From positions 1,120,001 to 1,184,000 of the forward strand of contig CAXXUO010000001.1 in the NCBI GenBank assembly GCA_963666485.2: DNA of 64,000 nt, written 5' to 3'. The translations under genes and the position numbers were made by a program. The notes beneath the pieces are model-generated. The model was given only the letters and a program-made list of their open reading frames with translations, had not been told where the DNA came from and made no database searches. The stretch comes from Syntrophorhabdaceae bacterium (GTDB taxonomy: Bacteria > Desulfobacterota > Syntrophorhabdia > Syntrophorhabdales > Syntrophorhabdaceae). Positions 39,786 to 49,268 of this stretch are shown here, piece after piece (position 1 is the first letter of the stretch; the number at the start of each line of letters is the position of its first letter).

Positions 39786-41348
39786 ATGGGGATATTCGAA
39801 TCATCCGCACAAAATTCTCGTCCGCTCCTTATTAGTGCGCCTGTTGCAAAGCCATGCGAGGCCCCGGCCGGTATAGGCAGGCTCGCCGGCGCCCTCAAAG
39901 TGTCCGGTCATACGTGCAGCGTGATCGACATGAACATCGAGGGGACGCTCTGGCTCCTTGACCGCGCGGGGCCCGGGGAAGACACCTGGTCGCGCCGGGC
40001 GGCGAAGAACGTCGTGCGCAACCTTGCCGCACTTCGGGACCAAAAGACCTACCGCGCTTTCGACCGCTACAAGAGATGCGTCAACGATGTCAATCGCCTG
40101 CTTTCCGGGACATCATCAGGCGATGCACGGATCAGCCTCTCGGATTACGAGGACCGGCGCCTCTCGCCTTTAAGGAGCGGTGACCTTCTCGAGGCGGCCG
40201 GCCACCCGGAAGACAACCCCTTTTACGGGTATTTTTCCGGTCGGCTCAGCGAAGCGATACATGCCGGCAATCCGCCCTTTATCGGCTTCTCACTGACGTA
40301 CTTGAGCCAGGCCCTGACGACATTCGCTGCGATAGGTTTCGTGCGGGCAAACTTCCCGTCGGCGAAAATAGTGCTGGGAGGGGCCCTCGTAACGTCATGG
40401 ATGAGCAACGCGTCCCGCAGCGTCGATTTCAACGGCCTTGTCGACCACGTGGTCGCCGGGCCGGGAGAGACCTTCCTGCTCAACCTCATCCATTCGGAAC
40501 GGGAATATACCATCTGCCCGACATACGACCTCGACCCTTTCCCCTGCCATGATTATCTTTCCCCCGGCGTGATCATGCCGTACAGTACATCGACCGGATG
40601 TTATTATGGAAAATGCAGCTTCTGCCCCGAAACCGCCGAGGGGAATGCCTATTACCAGCTGGGCCCCCGGGCGGCGGCGAAAGAGATCGGCCGCCTCGCC
40701 CGCGAGATACGCCCGGCATTGATCCACATTGTCGATAACGCGATCAGCCCCGCCGTTCTCAAGGCGCTCATAAAGGACCCTCCCGGAAGTCCCTGGTATG
40801 GTTTTGTCCGTATGACGAAAGAGCTTGCCGATCCCGGGTTTTGTGCCGGGCTCAAAAAGTCCGGGTGCGCGATGCTCAAGATCGGTGTTGAATCGGGGGA
40901 CCAGGACGTGCTCGACGCAATGGGCAAAGGTATAGATATCAATGATGTTTCGAAAGGCCTCAAGGCCCTTTCCGCGGCCGGGATCGGCACATATGCCTAT
41001 CTTCTTTTCGGGACGCCGTGGGAAAACGAGGCGTCCGCCGGGAAAACCCTCGAGTTCACCGCGGAGCACGCGGACTGCATCGATTTCCTCAACCTTGCCG
41101 TCTTCAACCTCCCGCGCCACAGTCCCGATGCCCGGGGATTGGAACAGAAGGCATTCTACGGCGGTGACCTCTCGTTTTACACGGATTTCGTTCACCCCTT
41201 GGGATGGGACCGGAAAAAGGTGCGCCATTTCCTTGACCGCGTATTTACGCGTCACCCTGCCGTACGCGAGATCGTCAAACGCCAGCCGCCCTACTTCACC
41301 TCCAACCACGCCGCGTTTTTCTGCGATCAGACCTTGCTTGAAAGATAA
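39786..41348 (+). CDS. B12-binding-type radical SAM protein
   Basis: GCYYGKCSFC (CxxxCxxC), IGFSL, IVLGG, GPGE, GVESG, LFGTP. Confidence 0.8.
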   Translation: MGIFESSAQNSRPLLISAPVAKPCEAPAGIGRLAGALKVSGHTCSVIDMNIEGTLWLLDRAGPGEDTWSRRAAKNVVRNLAALRDQKTYRAFDRYKRCVNDVNRLLSGTSSGDARISLSDYEDRRLSPLRSGDLLEAAGHPEDNPFYGYFSGRLSEAIHAGNPPFIGFSLTYLSQALTTFAAIGFVRANFPSAKIVLGGALVTSWMSNASRSVDFNGLVDHVVAGPGETFLLNLIHSEREYTICPTYDLDPFPCHDYLSPGVIMPYSTSTGCYYGKCSFCPETAEGNAYYQLGPRAAAKEIGRLAREIRPALIHIVDNAISPAVLKALIKDPPGSPWYGFVRMTKELADPGFCAGLKKSGCAMLKIGVESGDQDVLDAMGKGIDINDVSKGLKALSAAGIGTYAYLLFGTPWENEASAGKTLEFTAEHADCIDFLNLAVFNLPRHSPDARGLEQKAFYGGDLSFYTDFVHPLGWDRKKVRHFLDRVFTRHPAVREIVKRQPPYFTSNHAAFFCDQTLLER

Positions 41349-41610
41349 AAGACACTCTCTCGCCCGCTTCGCTCGAGCTCACAGAGGTCACAGAGAACTG
41401 CGAAGGGGAAAGACTTTGCCGGCTGGTCGCGGAGCCGACCACGACCAGCCGGCACTTTCGTCGGCTTCGCCGAGGAAAAGAAGAAAAACAATACAAGGAA
41501 ATTAATACTCGAAGCGGTCCATCCTGCCTGAAGGGCAGGATAGCAGGGTACCCAACTTCCAAGCTTGCTAATGTTGGGTGGCAACGAACGGGCGAGAGAA
41601 TGTCTTTTTA
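41346..41610. mobile_element. MITE-like element with about 26-bp terminal inverted repeats
   Basis: TAAAAGACACTCTCTCGCCCGCTTCG at the left end and CGAACGGGCGAGAGAATGTCTTTTTA at the right end; internal hairpins; no credible ORF. Confidence 0.55.
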
Positions 41611-41653
41611 AATTGCGGAACGGGGACGTGAATTGTGGTAAGCTGAGAGCGAT

Positions 41654-42493
41654 ATGAAAGACCTTCTGAAAAGGACCCTTCGACATCACCTGGCGCTGAT
41701 AGGCCTCATTATCCTCGTCCCCATGTTCTTCTGTGCCGTTTTCGCCCCGCTCATAGCGCCGCATGACCCGGTCGAGCCGGACATAAAGAATATCCTGTCG
41801 GGGCCGACGCTGTCGCACCCGTTCGGAACGGATACCCTCGGCAGGGACGTCTTTTCGCGGGTCCTGTACGGGACGCGGATATCGCTTCTCGTCGGTTTCG
41901 TTTCCGTCGGGATCGCCATCCTCATCGGCCTCATTCTCGGGGCCGTCTCGGGCTATTTCGGGGGGATCGTCGATGAGGTCATCATGCGCTTCGTCGACCT
42001 CATGATGTGCTTCCCGACATTTTTCCTGATACTCGCCGTCATTGCGATACTCGAGCCGAGCATCTGGAACATCATGGTCGTTATCGGGCTCACGAGCTGG
42101 ATGGGAACGGCGCGCCTTGTCAGGGCGGAGATACTGAGTATCAAAGGCAAGGAATACGTCATGGCCGCGAAAGCGCAGGGTTTTGGTTCTTTAAGGATCA
42201 TCTTCCGGCATGTCCTGCCGAACGCGGTCACCCCTGTCTATGTCGTCGCCACGCTCGGCATAGGCGGCGCAATACTTACAGAATCCGCACTTTCCTTCCT
42301 CGGTATCGGTGTTCAGCCCCCGACCCCGAGCTGGGGCAACATCCTGACCCAGGCGAAAGACAACATCGAGGTCGCCTGGTGGCTCTCTGTCTATCCCGGC
42401 CTCGCAATATTCCTCACCGTGATGGGCTACAACCTCCTCGGTGAAGGCCTGCGTGACATATTCGATCCACGACGGAAAGGCATGGCACCGTAA
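41654..42493 (+). CDS. Peptide/nickel ABC transporter permease (OppC/DppC family)
   Basis: HPFGTDTLGRDVFSR, EYVMAAKAQG, ESALSFLG, PPTPSWG, GEGLRDIFDP. Confidence 0.92.
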   Translation: MKDLLKRTLRHHLALIGLIILVPMFFCAVFAPLIAPHDPVEPDIKNILSGPTLSHPFGTDTLGRDVFSRVLYGTRISLLVGFVSVGIAILIGLILGAVSGYFGGIVDEVIMRFVDLMMCFPTFFLILAVIAILEPSIWNIMVVIGLTSWMGTARLVRAEILSIKGKEYVMAAKAQGFGSLRIIFRHVLPNAVTPVYVVATLGIGGAILTESALSFLGIGVQPPTPSWGNILTQAKDNIEVAWWLSVYPGLAIFLTVMGYNLLGEGLRDIFDPRRKGMAP

Positions 42494-42622
42494 AAAATGG
42501 TTCAAGGTTCAAAGTTCAAGGTTCAAAGTTAAAAGAACAGTACGGCCGGTCTTTCAACCGAAATTGATTTAAAATCACCAAATTATTTTCCTGTTTTTAA
42601 CCTTGAACCTTGAACTCTAAAG

Positions 42623-42654
42623 AAAAACCCCGGACAAGATGTCCGGGGTTTTTT
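42623..42654. terminator. Bidirectional intrinsic terminator
   Basis: AAAAACCCCGGACA-AGA-TGTCCGGGGTTTTT between convergent genes. Confidence 0.85.
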
Positions 42655-42671
42655 ATTGAACGATTTGTTTA

Positions 42672-43901
42672 TTACAGCTTTTGCGCCAGGCCGAGCCTGT
42701 CGAGGGTTTCAAAATAGGCTTCGATGCGCGTCCGTACCTGGGATTCCGCGTAGAATCTCTGGTCTCCCATGTCGCTCTCGAAAACGAGTGCGGGGATGCC
42801 GGTCCTCTTCGTGAGAACGTCTTTGAGGGTCGGAACGGCGAAGGACACGGCCTTGCAGCTTCTGTTCATGAACATGATCATGCTGTTCATCGAATATTTC
42901 TTGAAAAGGTCCATCGCCATGTCGGCGCGGTCCTCGATCGTTGAGTTCGAGAAGCGGTTAACGTAGTTTTCGGCGAGAGTTTCCAGCGGGTCCTTGTTGA
43001 GATCGAACTCGAGGCTCCAGGCATGGACATAAAGGGACGTCAGGATGACGCCGCCATAGGAACCGAGCAATTTCGCATGGTCGCTGAACTTGAACCAGAC
43101 CGGGAGGTTCTCCCAGTAGAGCCGGTATTTTTCCTGGTCTCTCGGGAGGACGCCGATGCCCTGGTCGACCTTTGCCTGGATCTCGTCGCAGAGGGTCTGG
43201 TAGTAATCGACGCATTCCTGCGTGCCCCGGCGGTAGACGGCGATCGCCATACCGATGAGGGCGTCGAAGATGCTGATCGGCGATGGTTTGTACTGTGCCA
43301 TGTCGAGGAATTTCTTGTAAAGGATGCTCGAGGCGGCGGAGTATTTCATGACCTCTTTCAGCCGGTCATAGTCGAATTTTCTCTTCGTGACCTTTTCGAG
43401 CCAGCTGATGAGCTCTTTGAGCTGGAGAACACAGTATTTCACGATTTCCTTGCGCGCTTCCTTGTCCAGGATATGCTCCGGCGTATCGAAGACGAAGACG
43501 GGCAGGTCGCCCCTGCGTGCGAGGACCTGAAACCATTTCGTCAGCGTGAAGCACTGCGCGTTGCAGGCGAGGAAAAGGTCCGGATCGGGGATGCCTTTTG
43601 TAACGGTCACGCCGGTCTTGCGGTACCCGAGGTCGCTGCGGGCATACGCGCACAGGTGGTTTGTGTATCCCATGCTCTCGACGACCGAGCACAGCTCGAC
43701 GCCTTTCTTGGCAGTCAGGTTGGCAACGGCATGGTTCTCGGGATATATGGGAACGATGTCATGTGCAACGAAGAGCTCGACGGGCGAGATGGCCGTCGTG
43801 TACCCGACGAGCTTGCCGTTCTCGCGGGCATGAAAGGCATCCTCCATGTATTCGTCGGTGATCTTCCTCGATAGTTGTTTTGAAGTCAGCTTTTCGCTCA
43901 T
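42672..43901 (-). CDS. 2-hydroxyacyl-CoA dehydratase / class I benzoyl-CoA reductase family subunit (alpha/BcrB-like)
   Basis: YPEN, LCAYAR, NAQCFTLTKWF, NRSCK, ESDMGDQR, TRIEAYFE. Confidence 0.8.
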   Translation of the reverse strand: MSEKLTSKQLSRKITDEYMEDAFHARENGKLVGYTTAISPVELFVAHDIVPIYPENHAVANLTAKKGVELCSVVESMGYTNHLCAYARSDLGYRKTGVTVTKGIPDPDLFLACNAQCFTLTKWFQVLARRGDLPVFVFDTPEHILDKEARKEIVKYCVLQLKELISWLEKVTKRKFDYDRLKEVMKYSAASSILYKKFLDMAQYKPSPISIFDALIGMAIAVYRRGTQECVDYYQTLCDEIQAKVDQGIGVLPRDQEKYRLYWENLPVWFKFSDHAKLLGSYGGVILTSLYVHAWSLEFDLNKDPLETLAENYVNRFSNSTIEDRADMAMDLFKKYSMNSMIMFMNRSCKAVSFAVPTLKDVLTKRTGIPALVFESDMGDQRFYAESQVRTRIEAYFETLDRLGLAQKL

Positions 43902-45031
43902 AATGATCCCCCTTTGAGAGATTCGAAGAATGCCTGTGCCCTGGTCAGGACATGAGACAATGATGTTGTCTGGTATTCGGTGTCAAGGACGTGCATCGGT
44001 ATGCCTTCCTTCTTGATCATGTCTTTCAGGTCCGGCAGGTCATATTCCTGCGATTCGCAGAATTCGATGTGGATGTAAATGACTGCCTTTGCCTTTGTCT
44101 CGTTGTACAGCTTTTTCACTTCTTCGAAATTCTTGTAAACGTTGTCATGGATCGGCGAGAAGAACCCGCGGGTGAAGTGCCTGTCCGTCAGGGCCTGTAC
44201 GGGGTCGCCGTTCGTCGATGCCGCGCCCTGCAGGTAGCGTGAGCCGGTAACAAGCGTGTCGCCGATGATGTTGACCTTGAGATCGTCGAAAATATCGAAC
44301 ACCTCGGGCGGGTCGCAGGTGATTCCCACCATGACGACATCCGTGTAACCTTTACCTTTCTTCGGCTTCAGTCCGTCCTTGACCGCTTTCAATGTTTTGT
44401 TGAACTCGGCCTTGTCGACCTGCTGGGAAACCTTCATGAGCGCGAAGAACTGCTTGTTCGTCAGGGTCCCCGGGTTGTTGCGCTTGATGTCGTAAAGCTC
44501 GGCAAGGAGCTTCTTTGTTTCGTTATGCAGTGCTATCGATTTGTTCAGCGCATCGCTGCTCAGCTTTTTCCCGGTCCATTTTTCTAAGGACTCGATAAGC
44601 CGTTCGATCTCTTCCTTGACCCAGTAGTGCGCGCTCGGCCTGTCGGCCTGACGGGGTGCGAGATAGCTGTGGACATACTTGTCAGGGAAGTTGATGCGCC
44701 ATATGTCGGAAAGGTGCTGCGTGGTATCGCAGACCTGCGGCAAAACGAAACCACTGAAAAGGTCCCCTTCGTAGCTCAACGCAAGTTCGAGGTTGCTCCG
44801 TGCGAGTGAACAGGCATTGTCAGGAAGATGGCTCGGGGCCTTCTTTAAGGGTTTATGAGTACCAAGAATTGTCACGGGGAGGAGGTCAAAGGCGTATATG
44901 ACCTCTTCGGGAACATCGGCGATGGTACTCCCAACTACTTTCTTTCCTGTATCTCTGGCCCATTGGCGGATGGAAGGATACGGATCCTTAGCGAGTGCAA
45001 CAACATCTTTCAGATTTAGACTTTCCCACAT
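43898..45031 (-). CDS. 2-hydroxyacyl-CoA dehydratase / class I benzoyl-CoA reductase family subunit (beta/BcrC-like)
   Basis: VPEEVIYA, NACSLAR, PQVCDT, TGSRY, EFCES, TRAQAFFE. Confidence 0.8.
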   Translation of the reverse strand: MWESLNLKDVVALAKDPYPSIRQWARDTGKKVVGSTIADVPEEVIYAFDLLPVTILGTHKPLKKAPSHLPDNACSLARSNLELALSYEGDLFSGFVLPQVCDTTQHLSDIWRINFPDKYVHSYLAPRQADRPSAHYWVKEEIERLIESLEKWTGKKLSSDALNKSIALHNETKKLLAELYDIKRNNPGTLTNKQFFALMKVSQQVDKAEFNKTLKAVKDGLKPKKGKGYTDVVMVGITCDPPEVFDIFDDLKVNIIGDTLVTGSRYLQGAASTNGDPVQALTDRHFTRGFFSPIHDNVYKNFEEVKKLYNETKAKAVIYIHIEFCESQEYDLPDLKDMIKKEGIPMHVLDTEYQTTSLSHVLTRAQAFFESLKGGSL

Positions 45032-45064
45032 AACCCCTCCAAGGAATGATGAAAAATTTCACTA

Positions 45065-45094
45065 ATTATATGAAGGTTCCCCATATATTGTCAA
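45065..45094 (-). promoter_or_regulatory. sigma70-type promoter of the dehydratase/BCR-like pair
   Basis: Minus strand TTGACA-N18-TATAAT with both hexamers perfect. Confidence 0.75.
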
Positions 45095-45184
45095 GGTAAG
45101 TTTGGAGGAGAAAAACCCTTTAAATTAAGCCAAATTGGCGCTGTATTGCCCCGGGTGCGGCACGCAGGCCCCGGCCGAGCTGCG

Positions 45185-45502
45185 TCAGGCGGTCTCCTGC
45201 TCCACCCATGCTGCGTAATCATCGAGCGCGTTCGGGACAGATAAAGCAATGATTTCGGGTACTTCATAGGGATGGAGCTTTCGTATCACAGCTTCGGCCA
45301 CGTGATAGAGGGCTTCCTTCGTCTTCATGATACAGTACCACTCGTCGGTCTCTTCGACGTTGCCTTTCCACCGGTATATGCTCCGGATGGGCCCGGCGAC
45401 CTGGCAGCAGGCAACCAGCTTCTCCTCTACAAGCTGCCTTCCGATCTCTTCAGCCTTCTGTCTGTCGTTTACGGTTGTGATTATTTGAACAATGCGCGGC
45501 AT
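45185..45502 (-). CDS. cutA: Divalent-cation tolerance protein CutA
   Basis: LVACCQ, SIYRWKG, HPYEVPEII. Confidence 0.92.
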   Translation of the reverse strand: MPRIVQIITTVNDRQKAEEIGRQLVEEKLVACCQVAGPIRSIYRWKGNVEETDEWYCIMKTKEALYHVAEAVIRKLHPYEVPEIIALSVPNALDDYAAWVEQETA

Positions 45503-45644
45503 CCTGTTCCCTCCTCTATCCCCTGTCCCTCAAGGCGTTCCCGAACGGTGCGGGATGGAGAATTTAACTTGAAATTATGGGAGATTTCATATATTTTTCT
45601 ATGCTACAATAGCGATTGCATGTTTTCAAGCGACAGGGGTTTTT

Positions 45645-46235
45645 ATGTTCCAGGTAAACGAAGGGAATGCGATCATTCTGGCAAGTGAGTCCACGCGCCG
45701 CGTGGACATCCTGCGGATGCTCGGCATCCCGTTCTCTATAATTCCTCCCGATATAGACGAGACGAGGAGGGAAGGCGAGATGCCGCGGGAGTTCGCTTTA
45801 AGGATCTCCTACGAAAAAGCGAACAAGGTCGGGAAGCTCTTCCCTGACAAGTGGGTCATCGGGGCCGATACCATCGTGGTGTACAAGAATAAGATCCTGG
45901 GAAAGCCTGCGGGAGAAGCCGATGCCTTCAGGATGCTGCAGCTCTTGAAGGGTAAGTGGCACAAGGTCATAACAGGTTTCTGCGTCCTGAACATAACGAA
46001 AGACATCATTTACCGTGACGCCGTCGAGACCAGGGTTTTTATGAAGGACCTCATCGACCGGGAAATAATGAAATACATAAACACGTCCGAACCGCTGGAC
46101 AAGGCGGGCTCGTACGCCGTCCAGGGAAAGGGCGGGTACATGGTGAAAGAGATAAAGGGGTCCTACTCGAACGTCGTCGGATTGCCTATCTGCGAGGTGT
46201 CGGAGGTCCTTCTTTCGCTCGGCGTCCTTTCATGA
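45645..46235 (+). CDS. maf: Maf family nucleoside triphosphate pyrophosphatase
   Basis: ILASESTRR, DIDE, IGADTIV, LGKP, DKAGSY, SNVVGLP. Confidence 0.92.
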   Translation: MFQVNEGNAIILASESTRRVDILRMLGIPFSIIPPDIDETRREGEMPREFALRISYEKANKVGKLFPDKWVIGADTIVVYKNKILGKPAGEADAFRMLQLLKGKWHKVITGFCVLNITKDIIYRDAVETRVFMKDLIDREIMKYINTSEPLDKAGSYAVQGKGGYMVKEIKGSYSNVVGLPICEVSEVLLSLGVLS

Positions 46236-46906
46236 ACGACATCGCGCATGCCCTTGAAGCTGTCCGTGAAAGGATAAGGCGGGCCTGCGAGAAAGCCGGG
46301 CGCGACACAGAAGATGTTACGTTGATCGCCGTCACGAAAACGGTTGATGCCTCCCGGGTTGCAGACGCGATACGGGCCGGTGTCAGAGATGTAGGCGAGA
46401 ATTACATACAGGAAGCGAAGGCGAAGATCGAGGCGCTCGGGCCCGAAAAGGCCCGCTGGCACATGATAGGACATGTCCAGAGCAACAAGGTCAAGTACCT
46501 GCCGGCATTGTTCGACTGTATCCATACTATCGACCGGCCGGACATGCTCGACCGGCTGGAGCGTTTTGAGAAGCCGATGGACGTCCTGTTCGAGGTGAAC
46601 ATTGCAGGCGAGCTGTCGAAAAGCGGGACGGATGCCGCAGGGCTCGAAAAGCTCGTTGAAAAGGCGCGTACGTTGAGGTATTTACGGCCCGTGGGCCTTA
46701 TGACCATGCCGCCCTATACGGCGGACCCGGAAGGTGCGAGGCTGTATTTCAAGAGGCTTAAGGAAACACTGACCGAAATGAACCGGAAATTCGGGGTCGA
46801 CATGAAGGAGCTTTCTATGGGAATGTCTTCTGATTTTGAGGTCGCCATCGAGGAAGGGGCCACGATGGTGCGCGTCGGTACGGCCCTGTTTGGAGCGAGA
46901 TCATGA
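46232..46906 (+). CDS. yggS: PLP homeostasis protein (YggS/PLPBP)
   Basis: LIAVTK, GENYIQE, WHMIGHVQSNK, LSMGMSSD, VRVGTALFG. Confidence 0.93.
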   Translation: MNDIAHALEAVRERIRRACEKAGRDTEDVTLIAVTKTVDASRVADAIRAGVRDVGENYIQEAKAKIEALGPEKARWHMIGHVQSNKVKYLPALFDCIHTIDRPDMLDRLERFEKPMDVLFEVNIAGELSKSGTDAAGLEKLVEKARTLRYLRPVGLMTMPPYTADPEGARLYFKRLKETLTEMNRKFGVDMKELSMGMSSDFEVAIEEGATMVRVGTALFGARS

Positions 46907-48273
46907 AACCGTGGGGAGGCAGGTTCAAAGAAGGGACGGACCCGCTGCTCGAGCGGTTCAGCGCGTCGATAGATTTCGACCGCAAGCTCTACCGCCACGA
47001 CATAAAGGGCAGCAAGGCCCACGCCGAAATGCTGGAAAAGATCGGCATCCTCACGAAGGCGGAGAAAAAGGCCATCATGAAAGGGCTCGACGAGATAGAG
47101 AAAGAGATCGAGTCCGGGGAATTCCGGTTCTCCGACGCGCTCGAAGATATCCACATGCATATCGAGACACGGCTCATCGAAAAGACCGCGGCAGGCAAGA
47201 AGCTCCACACCGGCCGGAGCCGGAATGACCAGATATCCCTCGATATGAGGCTTTTCGTCAAGGATGAGCTTGAAGAACTCGACGAGCGGCTCCTCGCCCT
47301 GCTTAGGGCGATGGTGACGAAGGCTGCATCAGGGTTCGCCGTCATGATGCCCGGGTACACCCATTTGCAGCGGGCCCAGGTAGTGCCATTCGCCCATTAC
47401 CTCCTCGCCCACTACTATGCCGTGAAGAGGGACCGGTCGAGGGTTCAGGCGGCCTTTGTGACGGCCGATGTCATGCCGCTCGGCAGCGGGGCCCTTGCGG
47501 GGTCGACGATCCCCCTTGACCGTGAATTCGTCAGGAAAAAACTCGGATTTGCACGGTTATCGGAGAACAGCATGGATGCCGTCGCGGACCGGGATTTTAT
47601 CATGGACGCCGTCTATGCAGCCGCCATGATCATGACGCATTTAAGCCGCCTGGCGGAAGACCTGATACTCTTTGCCACCCAGGAATACGCGTTCATAGCG
47701 TTGCCTGACAAGCTCACGACCGGCTCGAGCCTCATGCCGCACAAAAAGAACCCGGACGCGCTCGAGCTTATCCGCGGCAAGACGGGCAGGGTGCTCGGGG
47801 ATATCTTCGGGCTTTTCACCCTTTTAAAGGGGTTGCCTTATACGTACAACCGCGATCTCCAGGAAGATAAGGAGCCGATGTTCCACGCCCTCGCGACGGC
47901 CCGGGATGCGCTCGCCATCATGACGCTGTGCATCGAAGGGTTGACCGTCATGAAAAATGCCATGGAAAAGGCGGCCGGAGAAGGTTTCATGCCGGCGGTC
48001 GAACTGGCGGAATACCTGACGGTGAAAGGTGTGCCGTTCAGACAGGCCCATGGTATCGCAGGCCAGGCTGTGCGCCAGTGCGAGGAGTCCGGTATTCTGC
48101 TCGACAGGATGCCGCTCAATCAATTGAAAAAACTGTCCCCGTTGTTTGAAAAGGATGTTTTTGAATATATCAGGCCGCGCAACGCCCTGCGCGTGCGGAA
48201 ATCCAAAGGAAGCGCCTCGTTCGACGAGGTGAAGAAGGCCATCGATGCGGAAAAGAAATATCTGGGTCTTTAA
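46903..48273 (+). CDS. argH: Argininosuccinate lyase
   Basis: WGGRF, EDIH, HTGRSRNDQ, MPGYTHLQ, GSSLMPHKKNPD, YNRDLQEDK. Confidence 0.97.
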   Translation: MKPWGGRFKEGTDPLLERFSASIDFDRKLYRHDIKGSKAHAEMLEKIGILTKAEKKAIMKGLDEIEKEIESGEFRFSDALEDIHMHIETRLIEKTAAGKKLHTGRSRNDQISLDMRLFVKDELEELDERLLALLRAMVTKAASGFAVMMPGYTHLQRAQVVPFAHYLLAHYYAVKRDRSRVQAAFVTADVMPLGSGALAGSTIPLDREFVRKKLGFARLSENSMDAVADRDFIMDAVYAAAMIMTHLSRLAEDLILFATQEYAFIALPDKLTTGSSLMPHKKNPDALELIRGKTGRVLGDIFGLFTLLKGLPYTYNRDLQEDKEPMFHALATARDALAIMTLCIEGLTVMKNAMEKAAGEGFMPAVELAEYLTVKGVPFRQAHGIAGQAVRQCEESGILLDRMPLNQLKKLSPLFEKDVFEYIRPRNALRVRKSKGSASFDEVKKAIDAEKKYLGL

Positions 48274-49264
48274 CGTTGTTTGCCTGTCCCTGTGTGCCGT
48301 CCTCGTCCTTGCATCGTGCGGCAAGAAGGGCAGCCCGGTGCCGATCAGGGTCGCAAAGGCCGGCATTATCGCCGATCTCAAAGCTGAAGAGAAGGACGGC
48401 GTGATCTTTTTGTCCTTTACCCCTCCCGCGCAGATCGAACCGAAAAAGAAGGGCGGCGAGCAGGATGTGAAGATCACAACTTTCAGGGTCGTTAAAGGGT
48501 GCGGCAACTGCCTTGCAGACCTTCAGCCCTTAAGGACGATAACCCTCGCCGAGAAAAAAGGGTATACGATCGCAGGCGGCAGGCTGTACATCTATGACGA
48601 TGATGTAACGGACGGCAGCGAGTACGCATACAGGGTCTACCCCGTGACCGAGAAAGGGACACAGGGCGAGGCCTCCAACACGGTCAACATCACCTGGAGG
48701 CAGCCGCCCGGACCTCCGGGCCCGGTGAAGGTCGAGGAAAGCGATGCGCGCGTAGAGTTGTCGTGGACGAAACGGGAAGGGTTTCTCTACAATATCTACC
48801 GCTGGGACAACGGATTGTACCCGGTCCTGGCCCTCAATCCGCGGCCTATCCCGACGCCGCTTTACATGGATGCCGGGTTGACGAATGGCCAGACCTACCT
48901 CTATGAGGTCAGGCAGGTCAAGGCATCCGCGCCGGGTGTCGAGGGCGAAGGGACCAAGGTAAGTGCGACACCGAAGGACAAGACGCCGCCCGCGCCGCCT
49001 ATGCTGGTGAAGGCCGTAAAAAAAGGGAACGCTATTGCGCTCACCTGGGAGGCCAATACGGAAAAAGACCTTGCCGGATATAACGTCTATCGCATCACGG
49101 GTTCAAAGCCCGACAAGGTCAATGCGGCGCCCATCAAGGAAAATAAATTCACGGATACGGGCGCTCCTGATCATCGCTTCATTGCCTATCATGTCACGGC
49201 CGTCGATGTGGCCGGCAATGAAAGCAGCCCGTCCCAGGAAGCTATCATAACGTTGAAAGAGTGA
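48245..49264 (+). CDS. Lipoprotein with fibronectin type III domains
   Basis: Lipobox LASC followed by GKKG, repeated FN3 signatures (ELSW, YNIYR, ALTW, GYNVYR, VTAVDVAGNES). Confidence 0.8.
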   Translation: MRKRNIWVFNVVCLSLCAVLVLASCGKKGSPVPIRVAKAGIIADLKAEEKDGVIFLSFTPPAQIEPKKKGGEQDVKITTFRVVKGCGNCLADLQPLRTITLAEKKGYTIAGGRLYIYDDDVTDGSEYAYRVYPVTEKGTQGEASNTVNITWRQPPGPPGPVKVEESDARVELSWTKREGFLYNIYRWDNGLYPVLALNPRPIPTPLYMDAGLTNGQTYLYEVRQVKASAPGVEGEGTKVSATPKDKTPPAPPMLVKAVKKGNAIALTWEANTEKDLAGYNVYRITGSKPDKVNAAPIKENKFTDTGAPDHRFIAYHVTAVDVAGNESSPSQEAIITLKE

Positions 49265-49268
49265 GGCC

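Noticed and set aside
41296..41818. ORFs overlapping the 41.35-41.6 kb intergenic region
   Set aside because: They are translations of the inverted-repeat element (KRHSLAR appears on both strands) with no coding signal.
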